From Mustelus asterias (taxonomy: Eukaryota): a stretch of 64,000 nucleotides of DNA. The translations under genes were made by a program, and so were the position numbers. How positions within the stretch are numbered: the stretch's first letter is position 1; the number at the start of each line of letters is the position of its first letter. The stretch spans positions 620,001 through 684,000 of the forward strand of contig NW_027590151.1 of NCBI RefSeq assembly GCF_964213995.1, read 5' to 3'. The notes under the pieces are model-generated. The model saw only the letters and a list, made by a program, of their open reading frames with translations, was not told the origin of the DNA and searched no databases. Positions 23,721-34,600 of the stretch are shown here, one piece after another.

Positions 23721-24602
23721 ATGTCTCCTGTGACTCTGAGCTTATTCCTCACAGCTGCAGCTCTACTAACCGGTAGGTTCACAAGTTACAAACTCTGCGT
23801 TTCACATATTTACCATTCACTGCATTCAATTGAGCAGTTCGATTAACGCACTGATAAAAATATATACTGATTCTAATATCAATTAGAATCATCTTTGTCT
23901 CACCAAGAGAGGAGGCAAAATACCTCAGCTGAATGAGAGTGAAGAGTTAAGGTGGGATTGCAGGCCCCACCGGAGCCGCTGAGGGACTTTGACAAACTTG
24001 ATAAAATCTGGATGAAAGCGTTGACAAACCCGAGATCTAAAACCCACGGACAGTTTAGTTTCCCCATCAAATAACGTGAAACGAAGGCGAGGATCTGATC
24101 TCCTTAGAAGGTGTTCATTTAACGGAGTGTCATTTAACCGCGACAAACACGTTCCCGTTGCAACCTGCGTGTTGCGGGATTTATATTCCTGTTTAGATGC
24201 TGTGATTCGTTTTTCAGATTATTGGCCAGGGTGACGGGCCGAATCCGGCCATTAAACAAAGTGAACTGACATCGTTTAATTTAGCATGACTCTTGGCTCT
24301 TACAGGACAATGTGGAGGAGATCCAGTTTCACAGATACCGGCTGCAGTCACAGTGAGTGAAGGAGATGATGTTCAGTTATTCTGTAATTATACAACTCCA
24401 AGCACTGACAATTATTACCTATTCTGGTACCCAGCGGATCCATGGAGTACCTGCTGAGGAGAAGCAAATATACCGGGAACAAAGAGAGATTCCCAGGGGA
24501 CCGTTTATCAGCAGAGCTCAATGATACAACCCGTACCGTCCCGCTGAAAATGTCTAAAACAGAGCTGGCAGACGCCGGGGTTTATTACTGCGCACTGAGA
24601 CC
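23721..24602 (+). pseudogene. TCR alpha/delta V pseudogene (V5); leader 23721-23772, V exon 24306-24602
   Basis: Leader MSPVTLSLFLTAAALLT ends G/GT. The V exon reads QCGGDPVSQIPAAVTVSEGDDVQLFCNY...LFWY, has a frameshifting deletion in FR2, then resumes ...DAGVYYCALRP. Confidence 0.9.
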
Positions 24603-24641
24603 CACAGAGACACAGAGCTGGGCTGAACCTGTACAAAAACT
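24603..24641 (+). other. 23-RSS of V5 (CACAGAG, 23-nt spacer, ACAAAAACT)
   Basis: It abuts the coding end and has an exact 23-nt spacer. Confidence 0.88.
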
Positions 24642-24680
24642 CTCAAAACCTCACTCAACATGAACAGGATAAACAGGAGT

Positions 24681-25005
24681 CCCAAGATGCACTGCTGCTT
24701 CACAGCTCCAGGGACCTGGGTTTGATTCCCGGCTTGGGTCACTGTCTGTGTGGAGTTTGCACATTTTCCTCGTGTCTGCGTAGGTTTCCTGCGGGTGCTC
24801 CGGTTTCCTCCCACAGTCCAAAGATGTGCGGGTTAGGTTGATTGGTCATACTAAAAATTGCCCCTTAGTGTCCTGAGATGTCTAGGTTAGAGGGATTAGT
24901 GGGTAAATATGTGGGGGTAGGGCCTGGGTGGGATTGTGGTCGGTGCAGACTCGATGGGCCGAATGGTCTCTTTCTGCACTGTAGGGTTTCTATGATTTCT
25001 ATGAA
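24681..25005 (+). mobile_element. HE1-type V-SINE with 13-bp TSD GATAAACAGGAGT
   Basis: tRNA-like head, V core and CR1-like tail (tttctatga)n. TSD at 24668-24680 and 25006-25018. Further copies at about 35207-35553(-), 41087-41416(+), 41930-42238(+), 43963-44262(+), 57460-57810(+) and 59163-59494(-). Confidence 0.88.
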
Positions 25006-25035
25006 GATAAACAGGAGTTGGGACGATGAGAATCG

Positions 25036-25107
25036 TGGTTCCACCGAGATTCGGACTCAGACTGCTGGACTGAAAGTCCAACGTGCTCACCGTTACATCA
25101 TGAAACC
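25036..25107 (-). tRNA. tRNA-Gln-derived pseudogene with a TTC anticodon
   Basis: 72 nt reading GGTTTCATGATGTAACGGTGAGCAC...TCTCGGTGGAACC. The anticodon loop is CTTTCAG and the T-loop TCCGAAT is mutated. Confidence 0.78.
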
Positions 25108-25410
25108 AACAGGCGCCGGTATAAGGCAGGAGGTCTTTCACTCAGATCTCACACATACACATTCTTGGTCGGTGAGGGTTGTTGCTGTTTGACACCAACT
25201 GCTCCTTTCTATCGACAGAGCGTTAAAGAGGAGCGAAAATGAAAAAGAGAAACACTGATGTTGCAGGCATCTGTCGACAGAGGCCCAGCAATGTGCATTG
25301 TAATAGCAGTGGAATAGGCTGGCAAATTGTCCTCTCGATTCGCACTTGGTGAAAACTTTAAGCGGAATGTCCTTCAGCAAAGTAATCATCGGCATTGACA
25401 AAGAAAAGCA

Positions 25411-25482
25411 AGGTGCTGCGGAGATTTGAACTCAGATCGCTGGATTCAAAGTCAAGAGTAATACCCATTACACCACAGAACC
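25411..25482 (-). tRNA. tRNA-Gln(TTG), probable pseudogene
   Basis: 72 nt reading GGTTCTGTGGTGTAATGG...CTTTGAATCCAGCGATCTGAGTTCAAATC. There is one mismatch each in the acceptor, anticodon and T stems, and a TTTT run downstream. Confidence 0.8.
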
Positions 25483-25682
25483 CAGAAAATCGCAAACAGA
25501 TGCAAATGACTTATGAAACACGACTACTTCTGCTGATATCTCCCGGTACGGCTTGCGAAGGAAATGATTTGCTTAGATTTGGAGGGCTGTGTTGTTCACT
25601 GGATTTACTACAATAAAGTTTATAAAATGTCTATCTCTTTGATGACGCACAGGCGACAAACTGTCAGGACTGCTCCTCTATA

Positions 25683-25721
25683 GGTTTTTGTACGACTCGT
25701 ATTGATCTTTACAACACTGTG
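25683..25721 (-). other. Consensus 23-RSS of V6 (CACAGTG, 23-nt spacer, ACAAAAACC)
   Basis: Perfect heptamer at 25721-25715 and nonamer at 25691-25683. Confidence 0.95.
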
Positions 25722-26240
25722 CCTCGACTGCACAGAAATAGGTAGCAGTGTCTGTCACCCGAGTGCCACCAACATTCAGAACGCTTCGTTTCTCTGCAAC
25801 AATGTTCCGAGCCCTGATCCTGCCCTGATCGCTGGTACCGCTCACCAGGTGCTGCACGGTTCGGTCCGGGTATTGTCTGTACCATTGTAGGACCAGTCCA
25901 GCTGCTGTAGTGGAACAGTTCAACGATGCCAGGTCTATCTCAGTAACCACCACAGACTCTGGAGACTGTGATACCTCTTCACTACCAGCGGCATCTGGGA
26001 AGGATATGTAGATACGCAATAATATCATAAAATTAAAATCTCATAGTGCAATACAATGTTGCACAATGAAGTACAATTGAATGCATAATACAAGATAACA
26101 CAACAAAACAGAATACTATTTAACAGAACGTAGCATTGCTAATGTGTGAAATATCGCTGTCAGAAATAGCGACCACACTTACACTGAGGGAAGAGTAAGA
26201 AATCCAGGGAGATGATCACTGAAGCGAAGCTGAGCTTCAT
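25722..26240 (-). CDS. TRAV: Intact TCR alpha/delta V gene segment (V6); leader 26240-26183, V exon 25994-25722
   Basis: Leader MKLSFASVIISLDFLLFPQ ends T/GTAAGT, followed by a 188-nt intron and cccAG acceptor. The V exon has ASLNC, LQWYRQYP and DTATYFCAVE, and a perfect RSS. Alpha versus delta usage cannot be decided from sequence. Confidence 0.9.
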
Positions 26241-26470
26241 GTCGGAACCTATCGACACTTGTAAAACAGTTGTAGGAAGATCTCAGGACAGGAAAAGCTC
26301 CTGGGAAAGCAAAGCTATTGGACATGAATCTGAGCCCAACACCAGTTATACTCTCGCGACCAGGGCTGGATCTCTGGGACTTTTGATCAGGGAGTGAAAT
26401 AGTGAGGGAGCTCCAGCATCGATAGGGTGTGGGGGAGGAGCGTGCGCAAGAGTCAGAACATCCCGCATTG

Positions 26471-26568
26471 TGACGTCAGAGCAACAGACATTGTGACATC
26501 AGAGTATCCGGCACTGTGACGTCAGAATGCGGGCATGTGCGGCGTCACCATGCAGCCCTTTGACGTCA
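26471..26568. promoter_or_regulatory. CRE cluster 230-330 bp upstream of V6
   Basis: TGACGTCA at 26471, 26517 and 26561; TGACATCA at 26494; CGGCGTCA at 26540. The first four have a 23-bp period. Confidence 0.6.
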
Positions 26569-26850
26569 GTGGGTCTGGTCTGAGGGACAGAAACATCTCT
26601 CCCGGAGCTGATCTGAATATCCAGCCCTGAGTTTGTGGGAATTTACAACTGATCAGAAACTGGTTTAACCTGTAAACTGATTTGATGACGGATCTGCCGG
26701 TCTGATCGGAATCTGCAGTTAATTTTCTCGGTCATGACTGGAAAAAAAATGGGTGAATGTTTAGTCCGAGGTTAATGTGTTTTCCGCTGGGTGTGTGTTT
26801 TTTGATGCGGCTGAGAACAGCACTGCGCACAGTGGCTGTATCTATCCAGA

Positions 26851-27350
26851 TTCTATCCTTTGTCTAACATCAAGTGTAATTTGCTAACCCTGCACTTGAT
26901 AGAAATCAATAAGGTTACATCGAGGTTTCTTTTGAATCAATTTTTGAAAAATGCCATCTGGGCCTTTTGCTAAGATGAAGCTCAGGTCAAGCGCTGGAAG
27001 GAATATAATACCTGCTCCAATCAGCTAGGATGTTGTTAATCAAGCCCAAGACTGGAGGAATGGGCCCTGTGTTGTCGGCTTCGATCTGCAACGTCTCTCT
27101 TGCAGCGACTTTTGAGTGGACCAATTCGGTTTTTGATTGGATATAACTAAAACAAAAAGCCGGCATCTCGGTCTTTGGACTCGGATCAAGCATCAAATGG
27201 AGCCCAAGATCAGGTGCGATGCTCTTTCATGTCAGCCTGGATCTTTTGCGAGGACCATGAATTAGATTCAATTTGAATTGGTTTTGGGGGCGATTAGGAG
27301 ATGGATTCTGGCTTGGCCAGTCCGCTCTGCGCATTGGCTTTGCAACGTTA
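26851..27350 (+). ncRNA. Degenerate U2 snRNA-like fragments (pseudogenes)
   Basis: 26951-26980 matches U2 nt 1-31 at 25/31; 27163-27190 matches nt 4-31 at 22/28; 26851-26880 includes ATCAAGTGTA. 27206-27350 loosely follows the U2 body (GGAGATGGA...GCTTG...GTCC...GCAT). Compared with U2 from memory. Confidence 0.55.
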
Positions 27351-27586
27351 AGCAATTACTATTTTACAATGCGACGGACAGGAGCTCCCGAAGACAATGC
27401 AAAGTGCGGGGTTGGATTGGTTTCCATCATAAATTCCGTCAGTGAGTCCTTATTCTGATCAACTGTTCAGAGTCCAATTTCTCCAGCTGGAGATGGAGAG
27501 AGGTTTGGCTGCCTGACCGGTGCTGTTGTTTGTTTCACGATTGGCTGCAAACATGAGTAAGACTTCCTGCGAGCGCAGTTCAATAT

Positions 27587-29297
27587 CATCCACATTGGAT
27601 TTGGTACTGGGAAATGAACTGGACCAAGTGTTAGATTTGGTTGTGGGAGAGCACTTTGGAGATAGTGACCACAATTTGGTGTCTTTCTTTATTGCAATGG
27701 AGAGGGATAGGGCTGTACGGCAGGGCAAGGTTTATAATTGGGGGAGGGGTAATTATGATGGGATTAGGCAAGAATTAGGGAGCATAAGACGGGAACAGAA
27801 ACTGTCAGGGAAAGGCACAAATGAAAAATGGAGCTTGTTCAAGGAACAAATACTGCATGTCCTTGATAGGTATGTCCCTGTCAGGCAGGGAGGAAATGGC
27901 CGAGTGAGGGAACCATGGTTCACAAAAGAGGTTGAATGTCTTGTCAAGAGGAAGAAGGAAGCGTATGTAAGGATGAGAAAGCAAGGTTCAGTTGGGTCCA
28001 TTGAGGGTTACAAGTTAGCAAGGAATGAGCTGAAAAAAGGGCTCAGGAGAGCTAGGAGGGAGCATGAGAAGTCCTTGTGGGTCGGATCAAGGAAAACCCC
28101 AAGGCTTTTTACTCTTATGTGAGGAATAAAAGAATGACCAGGGTGAGGTTAGGGCCGGTCAAGGACAGTAGTGGGAACTTGTGCATGGAGTCAGAAGAGA
28201 TAGGAGAGGCGATGAATGAATACTTTTCTTCAGTGTTCACCAAGGAGAAGGGCCATGTTTTTGAGGATGAGAGTGTGATACAGGCTGATAGGCTGGAGGA
28301 GGCAGATGTTCTGAGGGAAGATGTATTAGCAATTTTGAAAAACCTGAAGGTCGATAAATCCCCTGGGCCAGATGAGATATTTCCTAGGATTCTTTGGGAG
28401 GCAAGGGATGAGATTGCAGAGCCTTTGGCTTTGAACTTTGGGTCCTCACTGTCCACGGGGATAGTGCCAGAGAACTGGAGAGTGGCGAATGTTCAAGAAA
28501 GGAAATAGGAATGACCCTGGTAATTATAGACCGGTTTGTCTTACTTCGGTGGTTGGTAAGTTAATGGAAAAGGTCCTGAGGGATAGGATTTACGACCATT
28601 TAGAAAGATGCAGCTTAATCCGGGATAGTCAACACGGATTCGTGAAGGGTAAGTCTTGCCTCACAAATTTGATTGAATTTTTTGAGGAGGTAACTAAGTG
28701 TGTCAATGAAGGTGGAGCAGTTGATGTCATATACATGGATTTTAGTAAGGCGTTTGATAAGGTCCCCCATGGTCAGCTCATGAAGAAAGTAAGGAGGTGT
28801 GGGATAGAGGGAAATTTGGCACTGGAAAGAGTGCAAAGGAAATTTACCAGGATGCTGCCTGGTTTGGAGGGTAGGTCTTATGAGGAAAGGTTGAGGGAGC
28901 TAGGGCTTTTCTCTTTAGAGTGGAGGAGATTGAGAGGCGACTTCATGGAGCTTTATAAGATGATGAGGGGGAGAGATAGAGTGGATGTTCAGAGACTATT
29001 TCCTCGGGTGGATGTAGCTGTTACTAAGAGGCATAACTATAAGGTTCATGGTGGGAGATATAGGAGGGATGTATGAGGTAGGTTCTTTACTCAGAGAGTG
29101 GTTGGGGTGTGGAATGGACTGCCTGCTGTGATAGTGGAGTCAGACACTTTAGGAACATTTAAGTGGTTATTGGATAGGCACATGGAGCACACCAGGATGA
29201 TAGGGAGTGGGATAGCTTGATTTTGGTTTCGGAAAAGGTTTGGCACAACATCGTGGGCTGAAGGGCCTGTTCTGTGCTGTACTGTTCTATGTTCTAT
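27587..29297 (+). mobile_element. CR1 LINE, 5'-truncated, frameshifted and internally deleted near 28820
   Basis: LDLVLGNE, SDHN and YMDFSKAFD motifs; (TTCTATG)n tail. Confidence 0.9.
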
Positions 29298-31790
29298 CTC
29301 ATGTACAGATAGTTGCACCCATCATGATGCTTTCCAAAACTCCTTACCTACCATCCTTGGGCTTTCTTTGTACTGAGATTCCCTTCGTTTGAAAAGGGGT
29401 GGATTAAAAGTTCTCAAAATTAGTTTTTTTTAAAGTTTATTTATTTGTCACAAGTAAGGCTTGCATTAACGCTGCAATGAAGCTACTGTGAAATTCCCCC
29501 AGTTGCCACACTCCGGTGCCTGTTCAGGTCAATGCACCCTAACCAGCACGTCTTTCAGACTGAGAGAGGAAACCAGAGCAGCCGAAGGAAACCCAAGCAG
29601 ACACGGGGAGAATATGCAAACTCCACACAGACAGAGACCCAAGCCGGGAATCGAACCCGGGTCCCTGGCGCTGTGACGCAGCAGTGCTAAAAACTGTGCC
29701 ACCATGCCGTCACTGTCACTGTGCCACCATGGAGGTCAGCGCCCTTTCTTTGTTTTAATCTAATGACCACATGGTCTGGGAATCATTTCTATTTCATAAT
29801 TTCTCCTTTTCAACACTTTCCTTCAGTATCCAATTCCAGAATTTTCCTTTTCATTGTGTTAATTGCGTCAGGAATAAATCTTTGGATCCGACAGGAAGTT
29901 TAACTCAAGATCAATCCAACACAGGATTGGTCAGAATCATTTCACATGTCCCAAATTTTAAATAACCATTACAAATTAAAATTCTCATTCTCACGTGTGA
30001 ATTGTATCTGGATTGAAATTCCTGCATGTTTAGTAAACTATCCTGGAATCCTGTCTCTGGCCAGTAAATATGGTTCCAGGTTCATAACTTATGAAAAAAA
30101 GCTTTATTAATCACACTTACTTTTTTAAAATCTGTTTGATTTAAATCACAGACAGAAAGCCTCAAAGCTTGAAGCATTGAATCCATAAATATCATCCATA
30201 CACAAGCAGAGAAACTTAGCATGTGCTTTACAACAACAATAACCAGAATGAATTTCTTAAGCGTTCTTGTGGTTCTGCTTTTAAACTTCCAGAAATGCCT
30301 TTAATCAAAGACTCAAGATAAGGTTAATTTCCCAGAAAGATAAACCTTAACAAATGTAGCCCAAAACAATGATAAAACGCATCTACAAACATCCATAAAA
30401 CAAATGAAACATGCAGGTTCTCACAGCTTGTAAATTTCAAGCAATGAATCATCAGCATTCTCTCTCTCTCAGCTATAGCTTCTTAAAGCGACAGAGCACT
30501 ACAAGCTCACAACTCCTTGAATAAGATACAAGATCCTTCATTCTAACCGTTTTTAGCCAACTTCCAAGACCTGATTCATAGGCAAAATCGCAAACAAGTT
30601 GCCACCGGAAAAATCTTTGTTCTTTACCTGGGGTTGAGGTGACAACACGATAAAATTCTCAGTTATTCCAAATTCCTCCAGGCTATGCGTAAATTTCCAC
30701 ATTTAACTGGATCCCATAAATCCTCAATTATAAACTAAAATAGACAGATGAGTTTCTGAGTGATTTAAAAACAAATCAAATGTCTGCTGAAAGGATTCAC
30801 TTTTCTACAGAACCTAAAGGGGTGGGGAGTGAGCGGGAAAAACTTGGCACACAATTACGTCACTTTGTACAAGTTTAAAAAACTTCTCTATCAACCAAAC
30901 AAACTTGATTTTAAGCTTCATCTATTAATTTTTTGTTATTTTCCTCAACATAATTATTTTCATTTGATCAGTTTTTGTTAGGGATGGGTAACTTCTGTTC
31001 TTTATAAACTGGTTCACTCATTTTGTTTATTCTACATGGGCTCGGAGAATCAGAACCCAGACTTTATCATCCTGACCATTTTAGTCCTTTTGCCACCACT
31101 CCCACTGTTTTGCAGGAGGGTTGGGGGAATTCCAATCAGAACTAATCATTTTATCATAAAAGTTAAATACTGCAGACGCTGAAACAAAAACACAAAATGC
31201 TGGGAAATCTCAGCAGATCTGACAGCACCTGTGGAGAGAGAATAGAGCCAATGTTTCAAGACTGGATGACCCTTCATATGAGCTGTGATGAAGTATTATC
31301 CAGACTTGAAACGTTGGCTCTATTCCCTAATCACTTTATCAATAAATTTCTTGTTCTTAGTTTCCAAATGGCAGGTAAGAGACCGGTCCGCACTCGAGTT
31401 CTGATTTTTCACTGGCCATGCTTGGGTAAGATTATAACCATTAGTATCTACTCTGATGTCTGCTTTTCAGTCCAGTGCTACTTGGAGTATTCCATCACTT
31501 CGCTGACTATTGGATCACAAGTTCCTCACAGTTCTCATCACAAATTTATGATAAAATAATTTAAACAATGCCTGCGAACACTTCTTAGCTTCTTAACCAA
31601 CTGCTTATCACTGTTTGTAGATTTGTCAGGCCCCATTTTTACAGATTCAAGTATCTCAGCCATAGAACACCAGCTGTTGCTGGAAGAAGTTTAATTCTAA
31701 CTCATTCTGAGTAAATATTCTTACCAGGTCCTCTGTCAGGGCCCTGCTAAGCAGCTTTAATGGTCCGTGATTGCAGAAACTGAGCAGTCA

Positions 31791-34600
31791 AGAACAAAGA
31801 ACAGTACAGCACAGGAAACAGGCCCTTCGGCCCTCCAAGCCTGTGCCGCTCCTTGGTCCAACTAGACCAATCGTTTGTATCCCTCCATTCCCAGGCTGCT
31901 CATGTGACTATCCAGGTAAGTCTTAAACGATGTCAGCGTGCCTGCCTCCACCACCTTACTTGGCAGCGCATTCCAGGCCCCCACCACCCTCTGTGTAAAA
32001 AACGTCCCTCTGATGTCTGAGTTATACTTCGCCCCTCTCAGCTTGAGCCCGTGACCCCTCGTGATCGTCACCTCCGACCTGGGAAAAAGCTTCCCACTGT
32101 TCACCCTATCTATACCCTTCATAATCTTGTATACCTCTATTAGATCTCCCCTCATTCTCCGTCTTTCCAAGGAGAAGAACCCCAGTCTACCCAATCTCTC
32201 CTCATAGCTAAGACCCTCCATACCAGGCAACATCCTGGTAAACCTTCTCTGCACTCTCTCCAATGCCTCCACGTCCTTCTGGTAGTGCGGCGACCAGAAC
32301 TGGACGCAGTACTCCAAATGTGGCCTAACCAGCGTTCTATACAGCTGCATCATCAGACTCCAGCTTTTATACTCTATACCCCGTCCTATAAAGACAAGCA
32401 TACCATATGCCTTCTTCACCACCTTCTCCACCTGTGTTGCCACCTTCAAGGATTTGTGGACTTGCACACCTAGGTCCCTCTGTGTTTCTATACTCCCGAT
32501 GACTCTGCCATTTATTGTATAACTCCTCCCGACATTATTTCTTCCAAAATGCATCACTTCGCATTTATCCGGATTAAATTCCATCTGCCACCTCTCCGCC
32601 CAATTTTCCAGCCTATCTATATCCTGCTGTATTGCCCGACAATGCTCTTCGCTATCCGCAATTCCAGCCATCTTCGTGTCATCCGCAAACTTGCTGATTA
32701 CACCAGTTACACCTTCTTCCAAATCATTTATATATATCACAAATAGCAGAGGTCCCAGTACAGAGCCCTGCGGAATACCACTGGTCACAGACCTCCAGCC
32801 GGAAAAAGACCCTTCGACCACTACCCTCTGTCTCCTACTCAGTACATGACCCCTCTAAGTTGTCTACCCTCTGCACCGCGGTAATATGCTCCTTAACTAA
32901 TATCGCTACTCCCCCACCTTTTTTAGCCCCTCCTCTGTCTCGCCTAAAACACTTATACCCCGGAATATTCAGTTGCCAGTCCTGTCCTTCTTTTAACCAA
33001 GTTTCCGTCACCGCAACCACATCCAAATTCCGCACAAGCATTAAGGCCCTAAGTTCGTCTGTTTTACCCGTTACACTCCTCGCATTGAAGCAGATGCACT
33101 CCAGACCTCCAGGCCCAGTCAGGTCCTCCTCCTCCAGAGTGCTCCTCTTCTTAGCTAGCCTTGCCCTGGCCCCCAGCTCGACCCCAGCCTCAGTATTTAC
33201 TGACCTCCTGTTTTGTTCCCCACCCCCCTGCCACACTAGTTTAAATCCTGCCGAAACACTCTAGCAAAACTCCCAGCCAGGATATTTGCTCCCTTCCAGT
33301 TAAGGTGTAACCCATCCTTTCTGTACAGTTGCCATCCTGACTTGAAGATTTCGCAGTTATCTATGAATTTAAAACCCTCCCTCTTGCACCAGTCCTTTAG
33401 CCACGTGTTCAACTGTAGAATCTCCCTGTTCCGAGCCTCACTTGCACTCGGCACCGGGAGCAGTCCAGAGATTGCTACCCTGGAGGCCTTACTTTTTAGC
33501 CTAGCACCCAACTCCCTGAATTTCTCTCGTATGACCCCGCTGCTCTTCCTACCTACATCATTTCCCCCAATGTGTACAATCACATCCGTTTGACTCCCTT
33601 CCTTTTTAAATATGCTTCCTACCCTCTCGGAGACATCCAGTACCCCAGCACCAGGGAGGCAGACTACCATCCTGGATTCTCGTTCAGTCCCACAGAAGCG
33701 CCTGTCCATGCCTCTAACCATTGCGTCCCCCACAACTATCGCTCTCCTAAAACCCTTCTTTCCCTTCTGGACCCCTGAGCCTGTCTCCGTGGAGGCGATC
33801 TGGTCCTCGTGGCTTACCCCTGGAGGGTCATCCCCCTCCACAGAATCCAAAACAATATACCTATTTTGGAGGGGGACAACCACAGGGGATCCCTCCACAG
33901 ACTGCTTACTCCCTTCCCTTCTCCCATCTGTTGCCCATTCCTTTCTTTTATGGGAGACTGCCACTGGGGTACTTTCTGGCACATCACCCTTCTGACTATT
34001 ACCCCTCCTAACTGTGACCCACGTGTCTTCCTTCCGAGACCCTGGTGTCACTACCTGACTGTAACTTTTATCTATTACTCGCTCATTTTCCCTAACTAAA
34101 CTGAGTTTATCGAGCCTCAGCTCCAGCTCCCTTACACGATCCTTCAGGAGATGCAGTTCTACGCATCTGGCATAGATATGGACTTCCGGGAGGCAACTTG
34201 TCTCCAGGAACTCCCACATCCCACACCGAATGCAGTATACTGGCCTCCCACTCATATCAGCCATGTCCTTTTTAGTTTTGGGGATGAAACAAAAAGGGGG
34301 TGTAACCGAAGAAAAACAAACAAACAACCTTCCTCGCCTTCGCCGAAGCCCTGTGAGCCAAAGCCCTTTTAGCTCTCACTCTGTCCCCTGCTCACTCCGC
34401 TGCCCGCTAACGACGCTGCCCGCTCAAAGGTGCGGCCTACTTTTAAACCCTCCAAAACCTTCCCAGGCTGCTGCTGGGCCTATTTCCTGTTTAGAAAAAA
34501 AAACCTCCGATTTCTTTCACTAATTTAACTGAAAAAATAATTAAATAAATTCGTGCACACACAAGCTCCCTTACCCTCAGCCTGCTCCTGTGGAACAATG
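31791..34600 (-). mobile_element. CR1 LINE with 5' UTR, ORF1 and an internally deleted ORF2; TSD AGTCA
   Basis: TSD at 31786-31790 and 34601-34605. The empty site is present in the paralog at 55350-55354. The ORF2 APE N-terminus (33236-32835) is joined to the RT C-terminal part (32821-31862). Confidence 0.93.
33236..34264 (-). CDS. CR1 ORF1p: zinc-finger-like motif, coiled coil and SGNH esterase-like domain, 342 aa
   Basis: CxxC (YCIRCGMW), a leucine heptad, VVGDAMVRG, HIGGND and DGLHLN. Confidence 0.88.
   Translation of the reverse strand: MADMSGRPVYCIRCGMWEFLETSCLPEVHIYARCVELHLLKDRVRELELRLDKLSLVRENERVIDKSYSQVVTPGSRKEDTWVTVRRGNSQKGDVPESTPVAVSHKRKEWATDGRREGSKQSVEGSPVVVPLQNRYIVLDSVEGDDPPGVSHEDQIASTETGSGVQKGKKGFRRAIVVGDAMVRGMDRRFCGTERESRMVVCLPGAGVLDVSERVGSIFKKEGSQTDVIVHIGGNDVGRKSSGVIREKFRELGARLKSKASRVAISGLLPVPSASEARNREILQLNTWLKDWCKREGFKFIDNCEIFKSGWQLYRKDGLHLNWKGANILAGSFARVFRQDLN

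Noticed and set aside
26512-26518. Perfect RSS heptamer CACTGTG
   Set aside because: There is no nonamer at 12 or 23 nt spacing; it is part of the CRE repeat unit.
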